55,211 bases of DNA from the IMG/VR virus record IMGVR_UViG_3300036859_000142, positions 1 through 55,211 of that record; one strand, written 5' to 3'. The notes below the pieces were generated by a model. The model saw nothing but the letters and a program-made list of their open reading frames with translations. It was not told the origin of the DNA and made no database searches. A program made the position numbers and the translations under genes. The DNA is from a virus. Taxonomy: Duplodnaviria > Caudoviricetes. This document shows, piece after piece, positions 8,372-16,703 of this stretch. Each line of letters starts with the position of its first letter. Position 1 is the first letter of the stretch.

Positions 8372-9760
8372 ATGTCCTTCCTCGATCGCTTTACCGGCAC
8401 CACGCTCAGCCTGCAGACGAAGGCACAGCAGACGTTGCAGCCGTTGAATTCTCGCGGGTCATGGTGGCCGGTGATCCGTGAGAGTTTTTCAGGCGCGTGG
8501 CAGCGCAATGTGGACATCAACGTCGACACGGTTCTCACGTTCCACGCCGTGTATGCGTGCATCTCTTTGATCGCTGGCGATATTTCCAAGATGTGCCTGC
8601 GGTTGGTGGCCGAGGACGAGAACGGCATTTGGGAACCCGTTGAGAGCGCGGCGTTCTCTCCGGTGCTGCGCAAGCCGAATCGCTACCAGAACCGGATCAA
8701 GTTCTTTGAATGGTGGATGACCTCCAAACTGATCAACGGGAATACGTATGCGTTGAAGCAACGGGATCAGCGGGGCGTGGTGACGGCGCTCTACATCCTC
8801 GATCCGATGCGCGTCACGCCGCTCGTGGCTCCGGATGGTGCGGTGTTCTATCAGTTGAAGCGGGACGATCTGTCCGGGATCCCGGATGACGACCTGATCA
8901 AGAACACCGTTCCTGCGAAGGAAATCATTCACGACATCATGTGCGCGCTCTATCACCCGTTGATCGGGGTCTCGCCCATTCACGCGTGCGGGCTCGCGGC
9001 CTTGCAAGGGCTGAAGATTCAGAACAATTCGTACAAGTTTTTCGCGAATGGATCCGTGCCTGGGATGGTCGTGACCGTGCCAGGGCAGATCAAACAGGAA
9101 CAAGCGGACGCCATCAAAGCCGCATGGGATCTGAATTTCGGCGGCGACAACTTCGGCAAGGTCGCGGTGCTCAGCGATGGCATGACGGCCGAAGGGTTGA
9201 AGATCAGCAACGTGGACGCGCAGTTGATCGAGCAGTTGAAGTGGACGGCCGAAGTCGTGTGTTCGGTGTTCCACGTGCCCCCCTACATGATTGGCGTCGG
9301 GCCTCCCCCGAACTACAACAACATTGAAGCCCTGAACCAGCAGTACTACCAGCAGGCGCTGCAGCATCCCGTGGAATCGATCGAACTGTGCCTCGATGAA
9401 GGGTTGGAACTGCCGAAGCCTTACGGCACGGAATTCGATCTCGATGATCTGTTGCGCATGGACACGGCCGCGATGATCGATTCGGAAGGCAAAGCCGTCG
9501 GCGCCGGGATCAAGGCGCCGAACGAATCGCGCAAACGTATGAACCTGAAGCCGAAGCAGGGCGGGGATACGCCGTACCTGCAGCAGCAGAACTATTCCCT
9601 GGCCGCGCTAGATCGGCGCGATCAAACCCCTGCGCCGGCGACGAATGTGCAGCCAGTGCCACCGCTGGATGACGAACCTCAGGCGGATCTGGCGGCGAGT
9701 TTCGGCGAAGCCCTCCACCGCAAGATGATCGAGCGCCAGCTCTATGCCGCCTGGCGCTGA
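8372..9760 (+). CDS. Portal protein, HK97 family
   Basis: AVYACISLIAGDISK, KPNRYQ, LINGNTY, IGVSPI, FFANGSVPG, VCSVFHVPP, PNESRKRMNL motifs. Confidence 0.95.
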   Translation: MSFLDRFTGTTLSLQTKAQQTLQPLNSRGSWWPVIRESFSGAWQRNVDINVDTVLTFHAVYACISLIAGDISKMCLRLVAEDENGIWEPVESAAFSPVLRKPNRYQNRIKFFEWWMTSKLINGNTYALKQRDQRGVVTALYILDPMRVTPLVAPDGAVFYQLKRDDLSGIPDDDLIKNTVPAKEIIHDIMCALYHPLIGVSPIHACGLAALQGLKIQNNSYKFFANGSVPGMVVTVPGQIKQEQADAIKAAWDLNFGGDNFGKVAVLSDGMTAEGLKISNVDAQLIEQLKWTAEVVCSVFHVPPYMIGVGPPPNYNNIEALNQQYYQQALQHPVESIELCLDEGLELPKPYGTEFDLDDLLRMDTAAMIDSEGKAVGAGIKAPNESRKRMNLKPKQGGDTPYLQQQNYSLAALDRRDQTPAPATNVQPVPPLDDEPQADLAASFGEALHRKMIERQLYAAWR

Positions 9761-10748
9761 GGCGATGGCGGAGACGGTCGTGCTGGCGTTTGAGACGGCG
9801 ATTCGGCCAGTGCTCGCGAAGGTCACGAGCCTCGCTGAACAGGTGATGGGTCTTGAGGCACGGTGGGCGGATCTCAATGCGTTGCGGGACCGCGTAGCGG
9901 TGATGGAAATGAAAGAGATGCCGCTCGTGAGGCCGGAGCGCGGTGAACAAGGGAAACCCGGCGAGCCAGGGAAAGACGGCGAGAGCATCAAGGGGGATCC
10001 CGGTAAAGACGGCACCAGCGTCACGCTTGAGGATGTGGCCCCGTTGATCGTCGCGGAAGTTGCCAAGGCGGTGAGCGCGCTGCCGCCTCCCATAAACGGG
10101 AAAGATGGCGAGAGTGTGAAAGGCGAACAGGGCGATCCGGGCCTTCCAGGAAAGGACGGATCCAGCGTCACGGTGAACGACGTGGCCCCGCTCATCACTT
10201 CGGAAGTGGCGAAGGCAGTCCACGCGTTGCCACGCGCGATCGCTGGGAAAGACGGCCTCGGTCTCGTGAGCGCACTCGTGGATCGTGACGGGCATCTGGT
10301 GATGACGATGTCAGATGGGTCTACCAAGAATGTCGGGACAGTGGTCGGCCGCGATGTCGATCGCGCGGACGTCGTGCGCGTTATTGCTGAAGAAGTGGCG
10401 AAATTTCCCAAACCGCTCGACGGTAAGGACGGATTTGGATTTGACGACTTCGACTTCGAGTACGACGAGCACGGCCGTCTGTCGCTGAAGTTTGCGCGCG
10501 GGGATCAGATCAAGCGTGGGCGCGTTCCTGGCCACGTGGATCGCGGCGTCTACAAACAGGGCGACGCATATTTACGCGGCGATGAAGTGTCGTTCGGCGG
10601 CGGATTGTATATCGCACAAAAGGACATCGAGAGCGAAAAGCCTGGGGATGGATCAGGCGGGTGGCGGTTGGCGGTGAAAGCGGGCCGCGATGGCAGAGAT
10701 GCACGGGCGACACAATCGAATGCCCTGCCGATCATGAGAACGAAGTAA
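9744..10748 (+). CDS. Collagen-like (Gly-X-Y) head-associated protein
   Basis: GEQGKPGEPGKDG repeats, duplicated SVT..DVAPLI..EVAKAV.ALP unit, C-terminal RGVY...GDEVSFGG...W.LAVK.GRDGRD. Confidence 0.85.
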   Translation: MPPGAEAMAETVVLAFETAIRPVLAKVTSLAEQVMGLEARWADLNALRDRVAVMEMKEMPLVRPERGEQGKPGEPGKDGESIKGDPGKDGTSVTLEDVAPLIVAEVAKAVSALPPPINGKDGESVKGEQGDPGLPGKDGSSVTVNDVAPLITSEVAKAVHALPRAIAGKDGLGLVSALVDRDGHLVMTMSDGSTKNVGTVVGRDVDRADVVRVIAEEVAKFPKPLDGKDGFGFDDFDFEYDEHGRLSLKFARGDQIKRGRVPGHVDRGVYKQGDAYLRGDEVSFGGGLYIAQKDIESEKPGDGSGGWRLAVKAGRDGRDARATQSNALPIMRTK

Positions 10749-11080
10749 TGGAAGACCTCGTGACGCTGGAGCAAGCCAAGAAGCATCTGCGGTTGAGTGG
10801 TTCGCATGAAGACGACGATCTACGGATGAAGCTCACGCAGGCGCAAGACATCATCATCGACTATTTGGACGAGAGTCGAAGTACGGAGTGGGCTGCTGAA
10901 ATGGACGCGTGGACCGAAGAGACCGTCCCCGAACGCGTGCGCGGCGCGATTCTCCTGCAGTGTGCGGAGTTGGTCAGGTTCAGGGGCGATGACGTCGACG
11001 AGCCGAAACGCGAACGGGGATCGTTATCGCCGGCGATCGTCGCGTATCTCAATCGCACGCGGATGCCGGTGATTGCATGA
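10748..11080 (+). CDS. Head-tail connector (HK97 gp6-like)
   Basis: LVTLEQAKKHLRL...DDDL...A...IIDYL...VRGAILL motif. Confidence 0.88.
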   Translation: MEDLVTLEQAKKHLRLSGSHEDDDLRMKLTQAQDIIIDYLDESRSTEWAAEMDAWTEETVPERVRGAILLQCAELVRFRGDDVDEPKRERGSLSPAIVAYLNRTRMPVIA

Positions 11081-11724
11081 CACAGAACCCGCCACGCCTC
11101 GTGACGACCGCCACGGTACCAAAGCTGTGGCTCGGCGAGACGTGTGTGATTCTTGGCGGTGGGCCAAGCCTTAATCAGCAGGACGTTGACTACGTGCGTG
11201 GGAAAGCGAAAGTGATTGCGATCAAAGAGGCTGGCGCATGTAGCCTGCCAGGGTTCCCACCGTTGGCGCCGTGGGCGGACGCGTTATTTGCTTGTGATGG
11301 GAAGTATTGGGCCTATGAGAAAGGCGCTCCTGATTTCAAAGGGTTGAAGTACGCACTGGAGCCACAAACGACAGCATGGCCTGGTGTTCAGGTCTTGCGA
11401 AACACAGGCCACGACGGGCTTGAGCTGGATCCGAGTGGACTGCGCACCGGGCATAACTCGGGGTATCAGGCGCTCGGGTTGGCGTTTCATCTCGGCGTCA
11501 AGAAAATCATTCTGCTCGGCTTCGACATGTGGGCCGGTCCTGACCGTGCGAATTGGTTCGGTCCTCATCCTGGACACGTCGCCAGTCCGTATCCGATCTT
11601 TTTGATGCGCTTCGCGTCGATCGCGGAGCCGCTAAAAGCCGCTGGCGTCGAGGTGTTAAACGCATCTCGCTTTACGGTGTTGCAGGCGTTTCCACGCGTC
11701 ACGCTTCAGGACGTGCTGCCATGA
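11077..11724 (+). CDS. Maf/MptE-like (DUF115-type) glycosyltransferase-like protein
   Basis: CVILGGGPSL...VIAI...ALFACD...NSGYQAL.LA.HLG.KKIILLGFDM...VLNAS. Confidence 0.7.
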   Translation: MTQNPPRLVTTATVPKLWLGETCVILGGGPSLNQQDVDYVRGKAKVIAIKEAGACSLPGFPPLAPWADALFACDGKYWAYEKGAPDFKGLKYALEPQTTAWPGVQVLRNTGHDGLELDPSGLRTGHNSGYQALGLAFHLGVKKIILLGFDMWAGPDRANWFGPHPGHVASPYPIFLMRFASIAEPLKAAGVEVLNASRFTVLQAFPRVTLQDVLP

Positions 11725-11839
11725 CCGCGAGCATCCCGTCGCTGAGTAGTCCGATCTTGCCAGTAGGCATCGTCAATGCTCGGCGAATAGTCCAACCACG
11801 GTTCAGTCGACCATTGCACGATTACAAAATGAGGGCGGC

Positions 11840-12604
11840 GTGATCCCGGTCTCCTACTTCGTGCCGTCTGAGCAAACGTCGCCGATGTTTGCCTACGCCT
11901 TTGCGAAGGGGTGCGGCGGGACGATCACGGACGATCTCGACTATCTGTTCGATGGTCCGGTCGCGGCGTTTGGATCGCCGCCGGTGTGGCCAGTCTTGCG
12001 AATGGCCCAAGCTGCTGGAGTGGACTGGATCTATGGAGATCACGGCTATCTGGGCCGTGGCAAGTACTACCGAATCACCAAGAACGCGTATCAGCACGAT
12101 GGGACCGGGCCCGGATCCGCTGGGCGCTTCGAGGCCTTCCGTCGACCCATTCAGCCGTGGCGCAAGACCGGTCGGCACATTCTCATCTGCCCGAACTCCA
12201 ACGTCTATTTCAATCTCCACGGGATTGATGCGGCGAAGTGGCTGCGCACCGTGCAAGCGGAACTTCGGCAGCACACCGATCGCGAGATTCGAGTCCGCTG
12301 GAAGAATCAGGCGCGGTTCAATCCGATCAGCAACGACCTGAAGAACGCGTGGGCGGTTGTGGTGTTCAGTAGTGCGGCAGCGATTGATGGCCTTATTGTT
12401 GGCGTGCCATGCGTGACCTTGGCGCCGTTTGCGGCCACAGTGCGCATGGGATTGACGGACCTGTCGAACATTGAGGCACCGATCTATCCCGCAGATCGTG
12501 AATCGTTCCTGCATGCGTTGGCGGCCAATCAATTCACGATTCAGGAAATGCTCGACGGCAAGGCGTGGCGCCACATCCGCGCTGCGGAGGAGCAGGCCGC
12601 ATGA
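11840..12604 (+). CDS. GT-B glycosyltransferase-like protein (capsule-synthesis/KpsS-like)
   Basis: YGDHGYL...YYRI, PWR..G.HILICP, IRVR.K, AWAVVVFSSAAAIDGLIVGVP C-terminal motif. Confidence 0.65.
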   Translation: MIPVSYFVPSEQTSPMFAYAFAKGCGGTITDDLDYLFDGPVAAFGSPPVWPVLRMAQAAGVDWIYGDHGYLGRGKYYRITKNAYQHDGTGPGSAGRFEAFRRPIQPWRKTGRHILICPNSNVYFNLHGIDAAKWLRTVQAELRQHTDREIRVRWKNQARFNPISNDLKNAWAVVVFSSAAAIDGLIVGVPCVTLAPFAATVRMGLTDLSNIEAPIYPADRESFLHALAANQFTIQEMLDGKAWRHIRAAEEQAA

Positions 12605-13311
12605 ATATCTTTATCGGCTACGACAGCGCGGAACCGGTGGCGTATCACACGCTGGTGCATTCGCTAATCACGCGATCCTCGGTACCGCTGACGATTACGC
12701 CGCTGGTGTTGGCGTCGTTACGACGCGGCGCGTATCGGCGCGAACGGGGTCCGCTCGAGTCGACGGAGTTTTCCCTCACGCGATTCCTCGTGCCCTATTT
12801 GTCGAATTACGAAGGCCGCTCGATTTTCATGGACTGCGACATGCTGTGCCGCGTCGACATCGCTGATCTGATGTTAGACGTCCTGTCGCAGCGGGCCAAA
12901 GCGGTCCTCGTGTGCAAGCACGATTACACGCCGACTTCCACGGTGAAGTTTTTAAACCAGCCGCAGACGGCGTACTACCGCAAGAACTGGTCTTCGTTCA
13001 TGGTGTTTAACAACCCGATGTGCAAGGCCTTGACACGGGACTATGTGAATACCGCGACGGGCTTGCAGCTCCATCGGTTCGAGTGGGTGCCAGAAGCGGA
13101 GATCGGGGAACTGTCGCTCTCGTGGAATTGGCTCGTCGGGGAATACCCCAAGAACGACGACGCCAAGATGCTCCACTTTACGCAGGGCGGTCCCTGGCAT
13201 GAAGGCTTTGAAGACGTGGACTACGCCGAAGACTGGCGGTTGGAACGCGCGGCCATGCTCTCGGCCTCTCGAATCAAGGAAGGTGTGCCATCGGCGTCGG
13301 TGACGAAATAG
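12601..13311 (+). CDS. GT-A glycosyltransferase (GT8/CDI-like)
   Basis: IFIGYD, STEFSLTRFLVP, DxD motif FMDCDM, RKNWSS, WNWLVGEY, HFTQGGPW. Confidence 0.85.
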   Translation: MNIFIGYDSAEPVAYHTLVHSLITRSSVPLTITPLVLASLRRGAYRRERGPLESTEFSLTRFLVPYLSNYEGRSIFMDCDMLCRVDIADLMLDVLSQRAKAVLVCKHDYTPTSTVKFLNQPQTAYYRKNWSSFMVFNNPMCKALTRDYVNTATGLQLHRFEWVPEAEIGELSLSWNWLVGEYPKNDDAKMLHFTQGGPWHEGFEDVDYAEDWRLERAAMLSASRIKEGVPSASVTK

Positions 13312-14081
13312 TCGCGGCGGGCCAAGCGCAGAGGCTGTACGACGCCGATCCGGCGACGCGGATAGCGATCTGCGACATTAACGGGTATGCCCGCTGGCAT
13401 GACATCTGGGATCACAATCCGATCCTCGCGCGGCCGTCTGACGTTGCACGCGGGGAAGTCGTGCGCAAGGTGCGCAACGGTCCGAACTGTCGCCCCTACA
13501 TCGTGTATCCGTTCTCCAAAGAGACGGGTTGGACGTTTGATAAATCGTTTCGGTGCGCCGACCACGTCGCCAAGATTTACCTGACGGACGCGGAACTGGC
13601 CCGTGGCAAAGAGGCGCGGAAACAGCACGGCAAGTACATCCTGATTGAACCGTTTACCAAGCATCAGAACTTCCGCTGGCCGCTGGCAAAGTGGAACCAG
13701 CTCGTGGCCGCCTGTCCGGATCTGACCTTCGTTCAGCACACGCACAAAGACTCCGTGCAGCTCGTCACGGGTGCCATTCCCGAAGAAGCCACGTTCCGAG
13801 AGGCGTGCGGGTTGCTGACTGGGGCGGACGCCTACGTGCGGTCGGAAAGCGGGATGTGTCATGCGGCGGCAGCGCTCGGAGTCAGGCAAGTGACGATCTT
13901 CGGCGGGTGTATGGATCCAGAGGTGATGGCTGGCTATCCCTTGCAGACGGTCCTGGCTGAAGGGCCTCCGTGCGGCTCTTGGCTGCCCTGTGACCACTGC
14001 GCGAAGGTCATGGAACGGTTGGCGGTAGGCCAAGTGATCGATGCGCTACGGGGCTGTCTCAGGGCGAGAAAGGCCGCCTAA
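13290..14081 (+). CDS. GT9-like (heptosyltransferase-like) glycosyltransferase; probable ATC start
   Basis: Frame open from 13212; G.GDEI at 13293; RWPLAKW, TFREA..LL..A..YV..ESG.CHAAAALG...VTIFGG, PCG....C.HC. Confidence 0.75.
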   Translation: MGVGDEIVAAGQAQRLYDADPATRIAICDINGYARWHDIWDHNPILARPSDVARGEVVRKVRNGPNCRPYIVYPFSKETGWTFDKSFRCADHVAKIYLTDAELARGKEARKQHGKYILIEPFTKHQNFRWPLAKWNQLVAACPDLTFVQHTHKDSVQLVTGAIPEEATFREACGLLTGADAYVRSESGMCHAAAALGVRQVTIFGGCMDPEVMAGYPLQTVLAEGPPCGSWLPCDHCAKVMERLAVGQVIDALRGCLRARKAA

Positions 14082-14455
14082 TGCCGCTCACCCGATCTGT
14101 CCGCACGAATCAGCCGGCAGGGTCCGGGGAGCGTGATCGGTACGTCTATCTGGTGCCAATTATCCGATCGACTGGGCCGTCCGGATTCCCGATCGAGACG
14201 GACGGAACTCGGCTGGCGATGTGGGCGCACCAAACCGATGTGGACGGCCAGGAACTATTCGCAGCGGCGCAGCTGTCGGCACCCTATACCGCACGTTGGG
14301 AAGTGGATTACCGGCCAGAGATCGATCCGGATCTCGTGGAAGTGCCCAAAAACTTCTTACTTACGTATGAGGGCCGTCGGCACGACATTGTCACGGCGGA
14401 AACCATCGGGCGCAAAGCGGGTGTGCTCCTGTCAACCCTGGCGAGGATGGGGTGA
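14081..14455 (+). CDS. Head closure / head-tail adaptor
   Basis: GQELFAAAQL...RWEVDYRPEI...YEGRRHDI; synteny. Confidence 0.75.
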   Translation: MPLTRSVRTNQPAGSGERDRYVYLVPIIRSTGPSGFPIETDGTRLAMWAHQTDVDGQELFAAAQLSAPYTARWEVDYRPEIDPDLVEVPKNFLLTYEGRRHDIVTAETIGRKAGVLLSTLARMG

Positions 14456-14901
14456 TTACCGTCCGGTTTGAAGGCGGATCGGAACTCGCGAAGACGTTGG
14501 CGACGTTGTCGCAGCGGGTGTCCAAGAAGATCCAGCGCGAAGCGCTCGTGGACGCGGCGGAACCGATGCGGGCGCGGATGGCGCGCTTGGCGCCGTTTGA
14601 GCCAGGGAAGCCGGATCTGCGGGATGCGATGGTGATCAGCAACGCGCGCGGAACGGACGTGCAGGAAACCGCCGTCGCCGTTGGGCCGAGCAAGGCCGGC
14701 TTTTACGGATCGTTTCTCGAGCTCGGGACAAAGTTTCTGGCGGCACGGCCGTTTGCACGGCCGGCGTTTGATGAACTCGCGCCTACGTCTTTGGGGATCA
14801 TCGGCGCGGCGATGTGGACGGCGCTGGCTGCGCGTGGGATACGCCGTTCGTCCACCGTGGAAGCGCCCGTGCAGAGCGGCGGTGGAAGTGGTCTGCTGTG
14901 A
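14452..14901 (+). CDS. HK97 gp10-like tail-completion protein
   Basis: FYGSFLELGT....ARPFARPAFD motif. Confidence 0.88.
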   Translation: MITVRFEGGSELAKTLATLSQRVSKKIQREALVDAAEPMRARMARLAPFEPGKPDLRDAMVISNARGTDVQETAVAVGPSKAGFYGSFLELGTKFLAARPFARPAFDELAPTSLGIIGAAMWTALAARGIRRSSTVEAPVQSGGGSGLL

Positions 14902-15329
14902 GTCCCGAAGAAGCCGTGATTGCGCGGTTATCCCAGATCGCGGCCGTCACGGTGCTGGTCGGGGATCGGATCTACATGCTGGTCGTGCAACAGCACACCG
15001 ATCAGCCGTCGATCCGCGTGCAGTTGGTTGATGACGTGAGCGACTACCATCACCGTGGTGGCAATCGCAGCGGGCCAGCGCGGGTGCAAGTTGATTGCTG
15101 GGCAGCGGCAAGTTCAGGCGCGGATGCCTATGCGGCGGCGCTCGCACTGGCTGCGGCGGTCAACGGTGACGATGCGGGATCGGGGTTGTCTGGCTGGCGC
15201 GGCACGTTAGGCAGCCCCGCGTTTACGGTTCAGGGTATCTTTCGCGTCGATCGTAGTGTGGATTTTGAATCCGAGGAACGGCGAGAAGTACGAGTGCGAC
15301 AAGATTACCAAGTGCATTACCGCGCATGA
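14898..15329 (+). CDS. Tail terminator (DUF3168-like)
   Basis: VTVLVGDRIY...RVQVDCWA; GTGA overlap; synteny. Confidence 0.75.
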   Translation: MSPEEAVIARLSQIAAVTVLVGDRIYMLVVQQHTDQPSIRVQLVDDVSDYHHRGGNRSGPARVQVDCWAAASSGADAYAAALALAAAVNGDDAGSGLSGWRGTLGSPAFTVQGIFRVDRSVDFESEERREVRVRQDYQVHYRA

Positions 15330-15347
15330 CATAAACGATCTTTTGGC

Positions 15348-15398
15348 AGTGTCGCTAGGCTGGCCGGCCGAATCCCCGTAGTCCACGGGCGCGACACT
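15348..15398 (+). ncRNA. Structured three-way-junction RNA element (copy 2)
   Basis: AGTGTCGC/GCGACACT stem enclosing TA-GGCT(GGCC)GGCC-GAAT and a CCCGT..ACGGG hairpin. Confidence 0.55.
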
Positions 15399-15413
15399 CA
15401 CAAGGGCTGCAGA

Positions 15414-15472
15414 GAAAGGGCGCTCTGTCTTCACGGGTTACACCGTGAGCGACGGGGCGCCCTTTTCTTTTG
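15414..15472 (+). terminator. Long hairpin with U-tract upstream of the tail tube gene (attenuator/terminator or mRNA stabiliser)
   Basis: AAAGGGCGCTCTGTC...GACGGGGCGCCCTTTT followed by CTTTT. Confidence 0.5.
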
Positions 15473-15509
15473 CAGTACGGCAACGGTTCGATAACGAGGA
15501 GTAACGCAC

Positions 15510-15998
15510 ATGTCTGATGTGACCGGCACCTATTACGCAGGCGAAGCCTTTATCGGCTACGGCGCCGAGCTGCTTGTGGGACAGGCGACCGGGTCGCCTG
15601 AACTCTTTGTCGCGATGGCGGACATCGCGTTGATCACGCCCGGCGATTGGACCACGGGCGTTCTGGAAAAGACGCATCTGCGTAGCCCGGATCGGCATCG
15701 GGAAAAACTCGCGACGTTGCGGGACAGCGGGCCGTTTCAGATCCAGGGCAACTATCGCCCTGGGCACGGCGAGCACAAGAGCGCTGGTGGCGACGGGTTC
15801 ACGGCGACACGCAATCTGGTCGTGTTGTGGCGGGATGTGATCGAGAACAACTTCAAGATCAACCTGCCTGTGTCGCCGCAGATTGTGCTGTCGTTTCGCG
15901 GGGTGATCACGAAGTACCAGGTCGGCGCGCTCGGCGTCGATGTGAAGTGCGACTTCACGGCCGAGATCACGCCACTCCAGGGCTTCACACTTCCATAG
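15510..15998 (+). CDS. Major tail tube protein
   Basis: IGYGAEL...ITPG......EKTHL.SP...RE.LA.LRD.G; GAGGAG SD; synteny. Confidence 0.85.
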   Translation: MSDVTGTYYAGEAFIGYGAELLVGQATGSPELFVAMADIALITPGDWTTGVLEKTHLRSPDRHREKLATLRDSGPFQIQGNYRPGHGEHKSAGGDGFTATRNLVVLWRDVIENNFKINLPVSPQIVLSFRGVITKYQVGALGVDVKCDFTAEITPLQGFTLP

Positions 15999-16005
15999 GT
16001 GACAC

Positions 16006-16419
16006 ATGGCGAATCCAGAACGTGGGGAAGTGGGCTTGACCGCCACACGCACGGTGGACGGTCAGCCCCAGACGAAAGAGTACACGCTGAAGATGAGCAC
16101 CAATGCGGCTGTGGCGCTGCAGCGCAAGTGCAAAAAGCCGATGTCGGAGATCGTGGCGCATGTCGAGAAGATGGACTTTGAAGCCATTCGCGACATCGCG
16201 TTCATGTTGCTCCAGAAACATCACGCGGACGAAATCAAGACACAGGAGCAGGCGGGTGATGTGCTGGACGATCTCGGCAGCATCGGGAAGTTCTTCGATG
16301 CGTTCCGACAACTAATGGAAGTTAACCAGCCACCACAGGGGGAGGGTAGCGCAAACCCTCTGGTCACTCAGACACCGACTGGCGACAGCTCTATATCGAA
16401 GCCCGTCGCAGTGAACTGA
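16006..16419 (+). CDS. Tail assembly chaperone (gpG-like)
   Basis: MANPERGEV...YTLKMSTNA; lies between tube and tape measure genes. Confidence 0.8.
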   Translation: MANPERGEVGLTATRTVDGQPQTKEYTLKMSTNAAVALQRKCKKPMSEIVAHVEKMDFEAIRDIAFMLLQKHHADEIKTQEQAGDVLDDLGSIGKFFDAFRQLMEVNQPPQGEGSANPLVTQTPTGDSSISKPVAVN

Positions 16420-16703
16420 GGCCGGATGAGTTCTGGGATATGTCGCCGTGTGAGTTGTATCGAGAAATCGAAGTCGCGCGGCGTGTGCGCATCGATCGAT
16501 TCAACGATCAAATCATGCTGGCGTGGCGCATGGAGCAAATCCGTGTCCTGACGCAGAACCAGCATCGGCTCCCAGATCCGCGCACATTACTGATGCATCA
16601 GCAGCCACGCCGCCAGTCTGTTGATGAACAACGCACCGTGCTGCACCAATTGGCCGAGCAGTACGGCCTGACGCTCCAGATGAAGAAGAGGGATATGCAC
16701 TAA
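16353..16703 (+). CDS. Tail assembly chaperone -1 frameshift extension (gpT-like)
   Basis: In-frame slippery heptamer A AAC CCT at 16353-16359; the -1 frame reads DWRQLY...LRPDEFWDMSPCEL. Confidence 0.75.
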   Translation, partial: KPSGHSDTDWRQLYIEARRSELRPDEFWDMSPCELYREIEVARRVRIDRFNDQIMLAWRMEQIRVLTQNQHRLPDPRTLLMHQQPRRQSVDEQRTVLHQLAEQYGLTLQMKKRDMH

